Of a stretch of DNA of 64,000 nt, positions 38,467 through 49,974 are shown one piece after another. Made by a program: the position numbers and the translations under genes. The DNA comes from Podarcis liolepis (taxonomy: Eukaryota). Where the stretch lies: the NCBI GenBank assembly GCA_965112155.1, contig OZ218104.1, one strand, 5' to 3'. The first letter of the stretch is position 1. The number at the start of each line of letters is the position of its first letter. The notes under the pieces were generated by a model that worked only from the letters and a program-made list of their open reading frames with translations, did not search any database and had not been told where the DNA came from.

Positions 38467-39141
38467 CTAGAGAGCAAGGACAAAACAAAGACTCCTCAGC
38501 ACTGGACCAGAATCATGACAGACACTAAAGCTAGAGGCAGTAAGAAAATGAAGAGATACTGAAACAACTTCCCAAAAGGTTGTGGCCAGCTGTGTCCATT
38601 TTAAACTAATATAATGACCCCCAAAAAGTGAGGTGTGCACACAATGAGCCTGTGTCAATGAGCCTGTGGGTTGAAGAGCCCATTTTTCCATGCATGCTTT
38701 TGTGCACTTTCATCTACACATGATGAATTTCAATAGAACTCTGTCTCAATGTTTCCCATCCACATTAGTGGGTGGTGCTTGATGGGAGGTTGTGCTGTCT
38801 ACTCCCCGCACCTGGAACTTCTCCATCCTCCCTGGGTACTGGAAACCTGAGATTCATTGTAGGCCATGCACTCAGGTATTGGTTTGCCTGTGCACAGCCA
38901 TTTTTAAATTTATTTTTCACTTACACATTTCCCAGTATATCAAATTTGCACAAAGCAGCATAAAAGAGAGAGAGTGTGCCATGTCTGACTCCATCAGCAG
39001 CCCACCAGGGATCAGCTTGCCAATGGAAGTAGAGGGGTGATAGACAACACTCAGCAAAATGTCACCACTCACTCACACACAAAAACCCTGCCCACACAAC
39101 ATACTTCAGTACATCCACAGTTGCGTAACAGAGGATTTTAC

Positions 39142-39588
39142 AAAATAAAAAAAACTCCTTCCAGTAGCACCTTAAAGACCAACTAAGTTAGTTCTTGGTA
39201 TGAACGACTGCAATAGGTCTTACAGGAAAAGGCAAGGGGTGAGAAGGTGAAAAATGGCTTGGTCATGTATAATGAGATAAGAATCCAATGTCTTTGTTCA
39301 GACCAGGTCTCTCCATGGTTTTAAGACCTATTGCAGTCGTTAAGAGTCGTCAACAGGCTCATCTCAGCTATCTGCCAATCTCCCATTCCCACCACCCTTC
39401 TGAGTAATACCCCTCCCCACCTTCTCACTATATAGAAGGATCTGGCAACTTCTGTTTCAGTGTATCTGAAGAAGTGTGCATGCACACGAAAGCTCATACC
39501 AAGAACTAACTTAGTTGGTCTTTAAGGTGCTACTGGAAGGAATTTTTTTATTTTGACTATGGCAGACCAACACGGCTACCTATCTGTA
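39142..39588. mobile_element. Penelope-like element insertion: pLTR on + with an inverted 5' segment
   Basis: 12-bp TSD AGAGGATTTTAC (39130-39141 and 39589-39600); about 62-bp inverted repeat; minus-strand KTMERPGLNKDIGFLSHYT* (39263-39322) resembling a PLE ORF C-terminus; hammerhead motif. Confidence 0.85.
39462..39499 (+). ncRNA. Minimal type I hammerhead ribozyme motif
   Basis: GTAT [CTGAAGA] A GTGTG-CATG-CACAC [GAAA] GC [TC]^ATAC: stem I 4 bp, stem II 5-6 bp, palindromic AGCT stem III. Confidence 0.8.
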
Positions 39589-39979
39589 AGAGGATTTTAC
39601 GTAGGAGTTTTTCCTTACTGCAGATAAGGAAAACCCAAATTAAAGTGTGGGTGGGAAGTGTGGGCTGCCACTTGGATGAAGGAATGCCACTTACTCTGCT
39701 CCTACCTCCAAAATACCTAGACCTTAAGGAAAGTCCTCGGCCAAGATATTGGAAACACAAAGAATTTACTTAAACCAAAGCCCTGAATGTAGAATGACCT
39801 GAATCTGGGTTACAATTAGGGTAAAGCCAAGCTCAATAACTAATCTCAGAAGGACTGAGGAGGAAGAGGGTGATGTTTGATGGCAGTAGTGTTTGTGCAC
39901 CATCTTCAGCCCATGCTAATAAAGCCAACAGGAGACAAAGGGCACAACAGAAGGTGCCTTCCGAGTAAATGGAGCTCAC

Positions 39980-40079
39980 CTGTACCCAATCTCATATTTT
40001 CCCTTGTTCTTCAGGGACAGCACTTGTTTAGCTTCATCCATGACTTTAATATTCCCAAGCTCCACACCACCATTTGTAC
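39980..40079 (-). CDS. HYDIN: HYDIN exon (approx. 55)
   Basis: Translated by hand; TNGGVELGNIKV...LKNKGKYEIGYS. Confidence 0.92.
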
Positions 40080-40879
40080 CTGCAGCAACCAAAAGTCATT
40101 GTCATGAGTGGTCTGGATTTAACTGCTATTTTCCCACCCTTAGGAGTAAAAGTCACAGGCAGGACCAGGTAGATTACAACCCTTGCACTGGCAGCAGTGG
40201 GGGTAGCAGAGGGAAGCAGCAGCAATTGCTGTAGAGTACTAAGGAATGAGTGATTCAGGATGCCAGAGCACATCTCACAGAGGGCAGTTTCTGCCTTGAA
40301 GTTCTTTATATCTTTCTCCCAGAAGCTTTGTTATCCATGATGCAGCCAGAAGAGCAAGGCTCTTTTTTATCTGCCTTTTAAAACCAATTAAACTCCTCCT
40401 TTGAGAGCAAAGGGTGGTGCATATGTCTGGATGAAGCAGGTAAGCATAGAGAAAGGTGGAAAGAAAGATGGGGAAAAGGGATGTCCAAGCCTTCCCCCAT
40501 CTGGTGCCCTCAGGTTGCTTTGGATTACAACTCCCATCATCCTTGATCACTGATGATGCTGGCTGGGGCTGTTGAAAGTTGGGGGTCCAACAACACTTGG
40601 AGTGCATTTGCAGGTAGTGGAAGGCTGCACTCCAGGCAATCATATGATAACAAGGTCCCAGGTGAGACAGGATGAATTTAGGAAAGGGTTCAAAAGCACT
40701 ATTATCATGCGCACATGCACACACACACACACACACTCCCAAAGTGACTTATCTACATTGTGTAGGAGCTCCTATACCTGTCAGGATCTGCTTCTCTGAA
40801 AGGAGAGTGCAACAAGAAGCAATAACATATGACCATGTTGAAAGAACTATCTACTGAGAAATGCCCCTTCAGTGGTGGC

Positions 40880-41068
40880 TGCTCTCATGGTGGCTATATG
40901 TTATTCCTCAGCATGCTTCTGAACACCGCCAGCTGCTGGAAGAGCAGGGGCTGTTGTGCTTTGCCATGTTCATGGGCTTCTCAGTGGCCTTTAGTTGGCT
41001 GCTATGGGAACAGAATGCTGCACTAGATGGGCTTTTGGTCTGATCCTGCTGCAGGGCTCTTCTTACGG
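40880..41068 (+). mobile_element. CR1-like LINE 3' UTR fragment
   Basis: ...AACAGAATGCTGCACTAGATGGGCTTTTGGTCTGATCC...GGCTCTTCTTA, a typical CR1 terminus. Confidence 0.6.
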
Positions 41069-41280
41069 GTTGCATAGTTTAATTTGTAGGAAAGGGACAT
41101 AGGGAAGTCCTGTCTTAGGAGGCCAGGAATTAGGTTTCTTGTCCTTTTTTTTTTATTAGTTTTCCAATATTGGTTCATTGTCCTTTTGGTCCTTTACTCT
41201 TGACTGCCCACCCTTACTTAGCATTCTTTCCAGTAAGCAATCAGTTCAGAATGGTTTTGGCTGGGAAGCGCTGAACCCAC

Positions 41281-41380
41281 CTTTGGGAAAGCTGATGTCC
41301 AGGGCAACATCATAGGCCTCAGCAATGATTTGGATGTTTTCAATCTGGACAATCCCCAGAATATTTTCCACATCTGAAAC
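41281..41380 (-). CDS. HYDIN: HYDIN exon (approx. 54)
   Basis: Translated by hand; VSDVENILGIVQIENIQIIAEAYDVALDISFPK. Confidence 0.93.
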
Positions 41381-41985
41381 CTGAAATGACAGCAAGCAAC
41401 AGTCCTGTTGAGCTCCCTTAGCATCACTCTTTGCTGGGTGAAATTTGTTGCCAATACAGCCATATTTTCTGGACCAGAATTCAGTGAGAATGATGCTAGA
41501 CCTTGTGGCTGATATAAGAGCCTAGGAGATGTTTTTAAAAGCACAATAAATAAATCCCTCAACCATGTCATATTCTGTCACGTTTGGTAAGCCACTGCTA
41601 CCCCACGCCCAACAATGGGAACAATTCCCTGTCCCCTTTTCAGAGGAAACAAATAGTTTTGTGAAAATGGAGCAGGTGGGAAGCCACGCCTTATCCCAGC
41701 AGTAGAACATATGTGTGGTAAAGATGGGAGAGGCAGCAGTGCTCCCCACCCACACCAGCTGGCTGTAATTAAGCTCAGGTGGCCTATATGAGGAGTGGTG
41801 ATGGGAAGCAGAGCTGCAGAACAAGCAGGAGTGGTCGGTTCTGCTTTATAAGCAGCAGAGAATCCTGAGGAAGAAAGAGAAGAGGAGGGCTGATGAAAGG
41901 ACAGAGGGAGATTTTGATGGAAGAAATCCTGCAGAAGCAAGATTAGAGAAGGCTCTAGTGATAGTTAAGATACCTCACAGATATC

Positions 41986-42271
41986 TCATAGATTCATAGG
42001 TTTAGAAGGGACTCTGAGGATCATCTAGTCCAGGCATGGCCAAACTTGGCCCTCCAGATGTTTTGGGACTACAACTCCCATCATCCCTAGCTAACAGGAC
42101 CAGTGGTCAGGGATGATGGGAATTGTAGTTCCAAAACATCTGGAGGCCTGAGTTTGGCTGTGCCTGACTAGTCCAACCATTTGCAATGCAGGAATATGCA
42201 GCTGTCCGTTACAGGATCGAACCAGAAACCTTGGCACTGTCAGCACCACGCTCTAACCAAATGAGTTATCC
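41986..42271 (-). mobile_element. tRNA-Ile-derived SINE with CR1-type 3' tail, split by a MITE
   Basis: Minus head GGATAACTCATTTGGTTAGAGCGTGGTGCTGACAGTGCCAAGGTTTCTGGTTCGATCC resembles tRNA-Ile(AAT); tail TTCCTGCATTGCA...GGACTAGATGATCCTCAGAGTCCCTTC...TATGAATCTATG. Confidence 0.75.
42031..42166. mobile_element. Palindromic hAT MITE
   Basis: TIRs CAGGCATGGCCAAAC / GTTTGGCTGTGCCTG; duplicated flank CTAGTC. Confidence 0.85.
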
Positions 42272-42990
42272 AAATTTAACTCGTCTGCACAGAAGAATAT
42301 GAGAGGGGGCTGAGAACCCTCTTAGGGCTTGTGGCTTGGTGAAGAGTTCCACAACTGGCTTTGCCCAGAACAAACACACACATTTTTATCTGCACACACA
42401 TTCTTGTTGCCTTAACCTGCAATTATCTGGTCTCAAATAAAAGTATGACTGATACTTGCAGCACTCAGAAGCAATAAGAAAAAAACATTATTTCCATCAA
42501 TGTTTTACTACAGTTTAGGATGAAAAATTAAATTCTGCAAGTGAGCAGAGTGTAACTTTTAAGTTGATTCTGGTCTTAGTTCAAGCCCTAGACACCAAAT
42601 GATACACAGAGCTAAAGAAGTGCCCAGAGCCTGGCCAATATTTTATGCTGCTTCAGGCAAAGGACAAAATGGGGTCCTCACCTTTCTACATGTAGAGGCT
42701 GACCAGAGTATCCCCTGGAATGAATTTCAATGTGGGTGACTGATGGGACAGTATGCCAAGTGAGGGGCTGCAGAGAAGACAATGTAGCACACACAGCAGG
42801 AGGCAGGAGCCCCATCCTGCCACCTGATAGGGCTGTTCCTTTAAGTGCCATCCTGATATTTTTACAGCCCCAAGGACCAGAGACACTCCCAAGCTTTTGC
42901 AAAAAAACAAACACAAAACCACACACACCAGGAAAAGTGGCAGCATGCAAGACCCAACCAACTGGACTGTAGCTGCCAAGGAATGCTCAC

Positions 42991-43189
42991 CTCTAGGCGA
43001 ATGGCCTTCTTAATGTTGAGTGTCTTTGTGGCCCTAAAGTTCACTAGCAGGCAGTACTCCGAGTAGGGTTCAATCACACCCATATCAACGGCAAGAGAGA
43101 AATCATCACCAATGTTCTCCATGCCGCTGACCCTCCATGCAACAGGCAGAGGAGTGAAGTTCTTGAGGTAGAGTGGCTTTGTCTCCTTT
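42991..43189 (-). CDS. HYDIN: HYDIN exon (approx. 53)
   Basis: GT-AG; KETKPLYLKN...AIRLE. Confidence 0.93.
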
Positions 43190-43643
43190 CTGCAGAAACA
43201 AGAGAAGCCAAAGCAGCATAGTTTTCTGGGGGCTACAAGAGTTTTGCTGTGTCTCTTTATGCTGGGCACGTGAGATCATGCTCACCCAACTGGGAAAGTG
43301 GCCATGACTTATATGGCAAAAGGAAGGGAACATCTCTTGGAGAATGACACCCAGCTGAGTTCCATGCTGTAGCTCGCATAATGGCTGAGCAGAGGATTCA
43401 TTTGCACACAGCCTCAACTGAATAAACAAGGCCAGCAACTTCAGTTTTACATGCTCACAGTTTACATGCCCTTCAAACCTCACTCAGTGCAGAGAAATAC
43501 ACTGTATGCTACCCTGGAAAGCTCAGAGGTCAATGGTGAAAGTTCATGTCTCAAACTCCTGCTGCATCCAAAGCACCCAAAAACGTTCAAGGAACTTAAA
43601 GTAGAGGAAGCAACTGGAGATTGGTCAAAGCAGCGGGATCTAC

Positions 43644-43816
43644 CTGTGCAATAGGAGCTTTTCAAAATGCACCAGCCGGCGATCTAGCTCCAGCTCTGGG
43701 CGAACTCCTTGGCAGCTGACCCGGAAGATTACAGGCTCTGGATTCTCTTTAATGCAACAGACAATGTTGTCCTCAAATATACCACTGGCTGTTGGATAAG
43801 CCCAAATTGTCAGCTC
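43644..43816 (-). CDS. HYDIN: HYDIN exon (approx. 52)
   Basis: GT-AG; ELTIWAYPTA...LLLHR. Confidence 0.93.
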
Positions 43817-43905
43817 CTGGGGAGTCAGGATGACACACATTCAGCTGGAAAGCCTTGACTTGCGTGAAATGCACACTACAGACAATGGTTGCCTCATGTC
43901 ATTAC

Positions 43906-44065
43906 CTGCTTCTCGTTGGGCTTGAGTGTCATGGTAGGGGGGTCAAAGAGGTATGTGACTGCCTTGGAGTCATACTGGAAGAAGAAATGAACTTCCGCAT
44001 CCAAAGGAGATATGTTGAGGATGGTGAGCTTTTCATAATGATTGGGGTATCGCAGGGCCTTGTAC
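43906..44065 (-). CDS. HYDIN: HYDIN exon (approx. 51)
   Basis: Translated by hand; YKALRYPNHY...LKPNEKQ; followed by an 89-nt intron. Confidence 0.92.
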
Positions 44066-44521
44066 CTGTAGGCATGAATAGCTTACATTGGGAGTTGCAG
44101 GAGAGAGCAGGGCTACACTTGCCTCTCATGACAAGGCACTGTCTAACACTGAAGCACTTCCCATGTTCCCTGGCTCAGATATGTTTGCCTGGAGCAGGCA
44201 ACATCCTGTGCGGACTGAGCAATTTGCACTCAAGGGAGACCTGCATCATGGAATCACGCCTTCTTTTACAGCCAGGATGGAGAACACAAAAGTGGGGGAT
44301 TGTTTGGCAGAATTTGAAGAATCATTTCACGACCCTGGAAAGCTTGTTTTTGCACTGAAAATGTTCACCACTGATCATGGGGCTTGGACCCAGCATTCAG
44401 GTTTCTAGCTCATGTGGGGGCACTTCAACAATTCTGGTATACTGTCAACCAGTGAGTTCAATACCGCTGAAGTTTTGGGCTAACTGCTTGTCCTTTTATG
44501 CTGAACACAACCAGCACTTAC

Positions 44522-44641
44522 TTTTCCCTTGACTTCCCACACAGCAAGGGGCCAAAGTGAAAGACCCCCAAATTCATGATGTACTTTTTGGATATTATGT
44601 CATCGGCTTTGACGCTCTTTACACGGTGTGGGAAGACAATC
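44522..44641 (-). CDS. HYDIN: HYDIN exon (approx. 50)
   Basis: Translated by hand; IVFPHRVKSV...FHFGPLLCGKSREK. Confidence 0.93.
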
Positions 44642-45645
44642 CTGGAGGAAAGAAGCAGAAATGCATCAGGAGGTGTGCAATGGGGGAAAGATCAACAAGA
44701 CTGCATCAGTGGAACTTCAGGTGGTCCCTTGGGGAAGGGACGAATATCCCTTTTGGAAGGAGATCCATACTATGGCCATACTGGAGGTTTGTCCACCTTG
44801 GACGAAAGCAAGAAATGAATTGGGTGAGGAGGACAGGAAGTAGTAATAGTCTCAAGTTTGAACATTTCCTGCCTTGGACACCAGGTGGCAACATCAACCC
44901 ATGTGATGGCATAGCATCCATGAGGGGGGGGCAATACAAACATGCCCCTCAAATAAACAGCCTGTGAACTACTGAGTCATTTCCCTTGGCCTCGGTGCCA
45001 AGATGAGACAGATCTTACACTGTCAACTAATATCAATGATATTCAAGAGAAATCCAATTCTAAATTTCTTTGACTATGAGGAAAATAGGTATAATCTTTA
45101 CCCCCACGGTAGTGTAATCTCTATGTATCTTTTAGTTGGAAAATTCACCTGCTCAGGACAAGCATCCACATCTCATTATTTGCCTGGATGTAGAGGTGCT
45201 TCAGCAAATAATCTGACTGCACAGTGTCTTGGCAGGTATAATACAAGAGGGGCAAGGAATGCGGTTCACTCTCATTATAACTGCTTTATACAGATAGATG
45301 TCTGATTTCCATATCAGCCTTTGGCAGCATTTTTCCTTACAGTCTTCAGAAAGAAAACAGAATTCACCACAAAGGGAAGCAAGAGACCCATAGATTCACG
45401 GGGCAGTCAAGGGCACAGCCCTCAGCCAGTGTCTGCAACCACATCAGCAGGAGACATGTTATCTGCTTGGAGCATCCTCTCTCTTCAGTGGTGTGCCAGG
45501 ACCTCATATTTGCAGAATGCCTTTCTGCTGGGTACTAGATGCAGCTTTATTTTAAGGAGGTGAAGGTACACATCTCTCAGGCCAGCTCTGGATCCTAGCC
45601 CAGAAGGCTTATATAACTAGGCAGTGCCCTTTTCCTAGCACTTAC

Positions 45646-45828
45646 GTAGGATCTTGGCAAATGGATGGATATATGCAGACACCCCTGCAGAAAACTTGAT
45701 ACTGTCGCTGGGTCCCCAGGATCTCAAAGTTTAGGACCTGATCAAAGTACCCTGTTGTGGTGGAAGAGAAATGGAGGCGCATTGTAACCTCTCCATTAGC
45801 AGGGACCGTCCAACGAAAGCAGGTCAAC
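45646..45828 (-). CDS. HYDIN: HYDIN exon (approx. 49)
   Basis: GT-AG; LTCFRWTVPANGEV...CQDPT. Confidence 0.93.
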
Positions 45829-46072
45829 CTGTGGAATACAAAGCACAAAGAGTCTACCTCAAACAACTGGGGTGGGGTATATGGGTATGCAAGGATCATA
45901 GGAGCAGAGTTCTGCCCACCCTCACCCCCACCAGATCAGCATGCAAGGCTCACTTTCTGCTTCTGCTCAGCCAATGTTTCAAGCCACACCCCAGCCCTGG
46001 CTAGCCAGAGGCACACAAGTGCTTTCTGTCTGCTGTGAGACATGCCCCAGGCCCTATTGCTTGCTCCCTTAC

Positions 46073-46266
46073 CGGCTGAGCTTCTCAGTAGATGGTTCCC
46101 CTGTGAGGCCACCCTGATCTAGCTCTGACAGAGTTGTTACTGCACCAGGGGTAGGATGAATACCCTTCCTGCCACGAGAGCTGCCTTTCTTATCCTTTGA
46201 AGAATCACGGGTTATGTCGGTTTTCTCCTTCTTGCCCTTGCCTCGGGTTGGGGTTGTCTGTTCCTC
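46073..46266 (-). CDS. HYDIN: HYDIN exon (approx. 48)
   Basis: Translated by hand; EEQTTPTRGK...EKLSR. Confidence 0.87.
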
Positions 46267-47672
46267 CTAAGACCCAGAAGAAACACAGGAGGAAAGAGAG
46301 AAGCAGGCAGCTTATTGTAGATATACTGCTGTTGCTTCTTGCAGGTTTTCATGGCACACACACAGTTGTCCTCATCAAAATGCTGCCCCCCCCATTTCTC
46401 CTTCCCACCCCCCTTTTAATCCAGATTTGCTATTACTACTAGAAATCTTTAGGCCTTCTAACACCATGAACAGAAATACCTATTTTACATATCTAATCTA
46501 TATGTGTAATTCCTCCAGGAGTTCCATTTCCCCTTATGGATCTTGAGGATGGTTCTGGAGCCATGGGAAAAGTAGCAAATGGTGACAAAGGGACATCCAC
46601 TGCCTAGACTTCTTCACAAGCAAATATTTTTTTCTGAAAGGGAGTAATCAATCCAGATCATTGCATGATATTTATTTTATTTATAAGTTAAACATCCCAA
46701 GAAGCTTTAACAAAAATGTCTACTCCATTATCCAAAAAACAGAAAATTGTTTATTTAGTAGAACCTTATTTAACATTAGGTTACTCAGTCTTAACAATTA
46801 TTGATCATGGATCATAAAAGATCAGTAATAATTAGACCACCAAAACCTATTACGTAAACCAACTGCTATTTTTACCAGTTATAAATCTTGTTTAGTCTGC
46901 AGAGATTCAGTTCCCAATACACTATTTACAGTACAATCCTGAATATATCTACTCTGAAGTAAGCCCACTGAGTTCTGTATTATTTACTTTCAGGTAAGCG
47001 AGTATGCAATTGCCACTTAAGTCTAGTAGTCAGAACTGTTGTCTAGTTTAAAATTTTAGTATTTTTTATGTGTGAAAAGTTTTTTGCTTTCTTAAGTCTC
47101 ATTCTGGATCAACATCATCTTTGTCTTCCCCAAATGCTGGCATCTCTCCCTTGGTCAACGACAGTTGGGGGTGCTCCTTTCCATCCAGTGTGATGTGTTT
47201 CACATGCCTGGCAATTAAGGCAGCCTTACCTCTGATTTAGTCAGCATGCTGACCTGGTCAGTGTATGTGACAGAGGGCTCACGCATACTTCTGTTTGCCC
47301 CATTGCTTTCTCCCAGGAAAACCCATTGTTTATTGCTCAGTTGGAACAAACAGCAATCAGGTTTTCCGTGGATTGACATTTGCTCTGATTCAGCACTGAA
47401 GAGCAGGTTTTCTGGGGGAAAGCGGTGGGGCAAAGACAGACCCCTGGCTAGAAAGCATGGGTCAAACAGAAAACAAGCATACGTATAGAGGAACCCAAAG
47501 ACCTGACTGGATGGAGAAGGGGTTCATTTTTTAGTTTTGCCTCCCAGGCAACAAACCCAGCTTCCCTGATCACAATGGCATTTGTCAGTCCTCCTTATTG
47601 TGCAACTTTATTGGCGGACTTTCCCCTTCTCAGGTTCTGTTTTTCCCATGAAGGAGCAAAGAGGCCCTCTAC

Positions 47673-47888
47673 CTTTACTGTAGGGAGATTCACTGGAGTC
47701 TCCAAGTTATTCTCAGTCTCCTTCTTGTCCTCCTCCAGACTTGGATCTTCAGGTAAGAGGAAGGTGAAATGCTTGAGAGCTTCTCCAGGAACTGGTGCTG
47801 CCCGCTTCTCCGGATATGGGATCACAGAGAAACAGGCAGTGGGAGGAATGGGTGGCCCAGAAGGACCCAGTCCCAAGCCATTCAAGAT
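47673..47888 (-). CDS. HYDIN: HYDIN exon (approx. 47)
   Basis: GT-AG; ILNGLGLGPSGPPIPP...LPTVK. Confidence 0.9.
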
Positions 47889-48436
47889 CTACAGCAAGAA
47901 AGAAAGCTATATTAAGGCCTCATTGCAATGCTGCTATTGTAAAATGCAAATGAAATGACCTGCCTCTTTCTTTATACCAGTGGGCATATTGTTCTTCCTA
48001 GTATCGGCCACGGGAGACTAGAGGCATCTAGGTGGAACTGCATCCTTCCCACACATAGAATGGGAATTTAAAAGACCAGCTGCCCACAGCACCATAGCTG
48101 TTGAAGGATGGCATGAAAGGATGTCTGGATCTGTTGGCCATTCTTTTCTCGAGACTATGAGCCATTTGCCTGTCTCAAACTGCCATTGCCTGCCTGAAGA
48201 CCTGCCTGTGCTGTGCATAAACAATTAAACCAATATTCTATGAGAGCTAGAATCATGCTTATTCTCTAAATGAAAACTGATGTCTTCAGGATTCAATCAC
48301 ATCTGTAAGGCTCCCTCAAGCTAAATTTCTACATTCTTGCTAATACTGGAGAGGTTCCTTTCCACTAGAATAATCCCCATTTCTCTGGTGTGTGGAGACT
48401 AGCCCACATTCTGTGAAAATCACTGAGGGTCCCCAC

Positions 48437-49078
48437 CTGGACGATATCTGGCAGCTTGCCACTCTCCAGGATCCTCTTGCCACTGGAGTCCTCAGAACTG
48501 AGCACCTGGAACTCCAAGCATGGGATCCCCACATCTGGTTCTCCCCCTACTCCCTCCTGCCCTCCAGCCCTGTTGTCCTCCATCGCTTTGAGCCTCTCTA
48601 GGCGCTCTCTCTCCACTCTCTCTTTCTCCAGGCGCTCCTTCTCTGCTCTCTCCTTCTCTAATCTCTCCTGGCGCTCTCTCTCCCTGTCCTTCCTGCCCTT
48701 GCGGCCTGAGGGTGCTTGCCGCTGGTCCTCTGCTTCCTCCTGCTTCTCTTCAGAGCCGGGTGGCAGCAGCTGCACCAACTGAACTCTGTCCCAGAAGGTC
48801 AGGATCTGGACTATGTCTTTCTGGTTGGCATCGTAGAGCTTGAACCTCAGAGCCAAGTTCTTCTCACTCTCGCTCATCATTTCCTTCTCGGCTTCCTCAT
48901 CTTCCTGGGCTACGGGTGGGGCAGCTCCTGGCTGACCATTCTGTGGGCCCGCCTTACTTTTCCTCTTCTTCTCATCTTTGTCATTGACATTAAACTCTGG
49001 GCGCTCCTTGGCGGATGCTTTCCGCTCGATCCCTTCATTCAGCCTCCCGTCAGATTTCAAAGCAGGCACTGGGGCGTT
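48437..49078 (-). CDS. HYDIN: HYDIN large exon (approx. 46), E/K/R-rich
   Basis: 642 nt; NAPVPALKSD...RERERQERLEKERAEKERLE...PDIVQ. Confidence 0.9.
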
Positions 49079-49418
49079 CTGGAAGAGCAGAACCAAGGGG
49101 AAAAGGGAGAGCCTGTCAAGTACGCAGCTTCAGCCTTGCAGCTAGGAGCCCAGATAGCCACCCTTTCAAGCATTCTAAAGGATCCAAGTGTCCCAACAGC
49201 ATGATGGTGATGATGATGTTGAGAGCCACCTGGGACTTGGCTTATTCCTAAAAAATGCAGGCCACTTCCCCACAAACTGGTCACTAAAGCTTTAAGAAAC
49301 AAAGCCACTCAAACTGCCCAATGCTGCCAAGTGGAGATAAGTGCCCTGGCATGAGCTGGTGCATCACTTAGCCATAGGAATCTTATCTCTTTTCTCCATC
49401 AGCCACATGCCCCTAGAT

Positions 49419-49774
49419 CAGTGGTTCCCAAACTTTTTGGGGGCTCCTACCTCCTTGGTTCTGTAAACTCATTCCCAGTGCCCCCTACCCTATAAAAAGC
49501 ATTATTCAGAATAGCAGTTTGCATGACACACTAAGGAACGTAAAAACACAATACAATTCAGAATAGTAACAATATACTGCACATTTTTTCAAAATTAAAT
49601 GAAATTTGGTTTAACTACTTCAACAAAACTGATTAACTTGGTCCAGTGAGACCAGGTTTTCAAAATCTGATAGTCGTTTATACCTCTAGTACTGCCCTGC
49701 CACCCACTTGCCTCTAGGTAATCCCACTGTCCCCTGGCGGGAGGGGCAAGCACCACCCATTGGGGGAACCACTG
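49419..49774. mobile_element. hAT (Charlie-like) MITE
   Basis: TIRs CAGTGGTTCCC / GGGAACCACTG; left flank CCCTAGAT; no matching right TSD. Confidence 0.65.
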
Positions 49775-49799
49775 GGTTCAAGGGCTGCTTGGGACTTAC

Positions 49800-49974
49800 T
49801 TGCTTGCCTCCTTGCTGGGCCTTCTTTGCTGCAGCCTCCTCTTTATCCTTGGCCACTGCTGCCTCCCTCTTGTAGCGCTTGCTCTTCCTCTTCATCTCTT
49901 CCTCCTCCCGCAGGCGCTCCAGTTCCTGCTGGTGCTTCTTCTCCTCCAGCTCCCGAGCCAGCTTCTCCTGCTCC
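49800..49974 (-). CDS. HYDIN: HYDIN exon (approx. 45)
   Basis: GT-AG; EQEKLARELEEKK...QGGKQ. Confidence 0.88.

Noticed and set aside
41576-41980. Possible second LTR (starts TGTCAC, TATA-like TTTATAAG)
   Set aside because: Could not identify a matching CA end with a target-site duplication
42198-42271. Functional tRNA-Ile gene
   Set aside because: Anticodon loop and acceptor stem are degenerate and it is fused to a LINE-type tail; it is a SINE head
48392-49204. Plus-strand Ser/Leu-rich ORFs
   Set aside because: Antisense shadows of the purine-rich HYDIN exon
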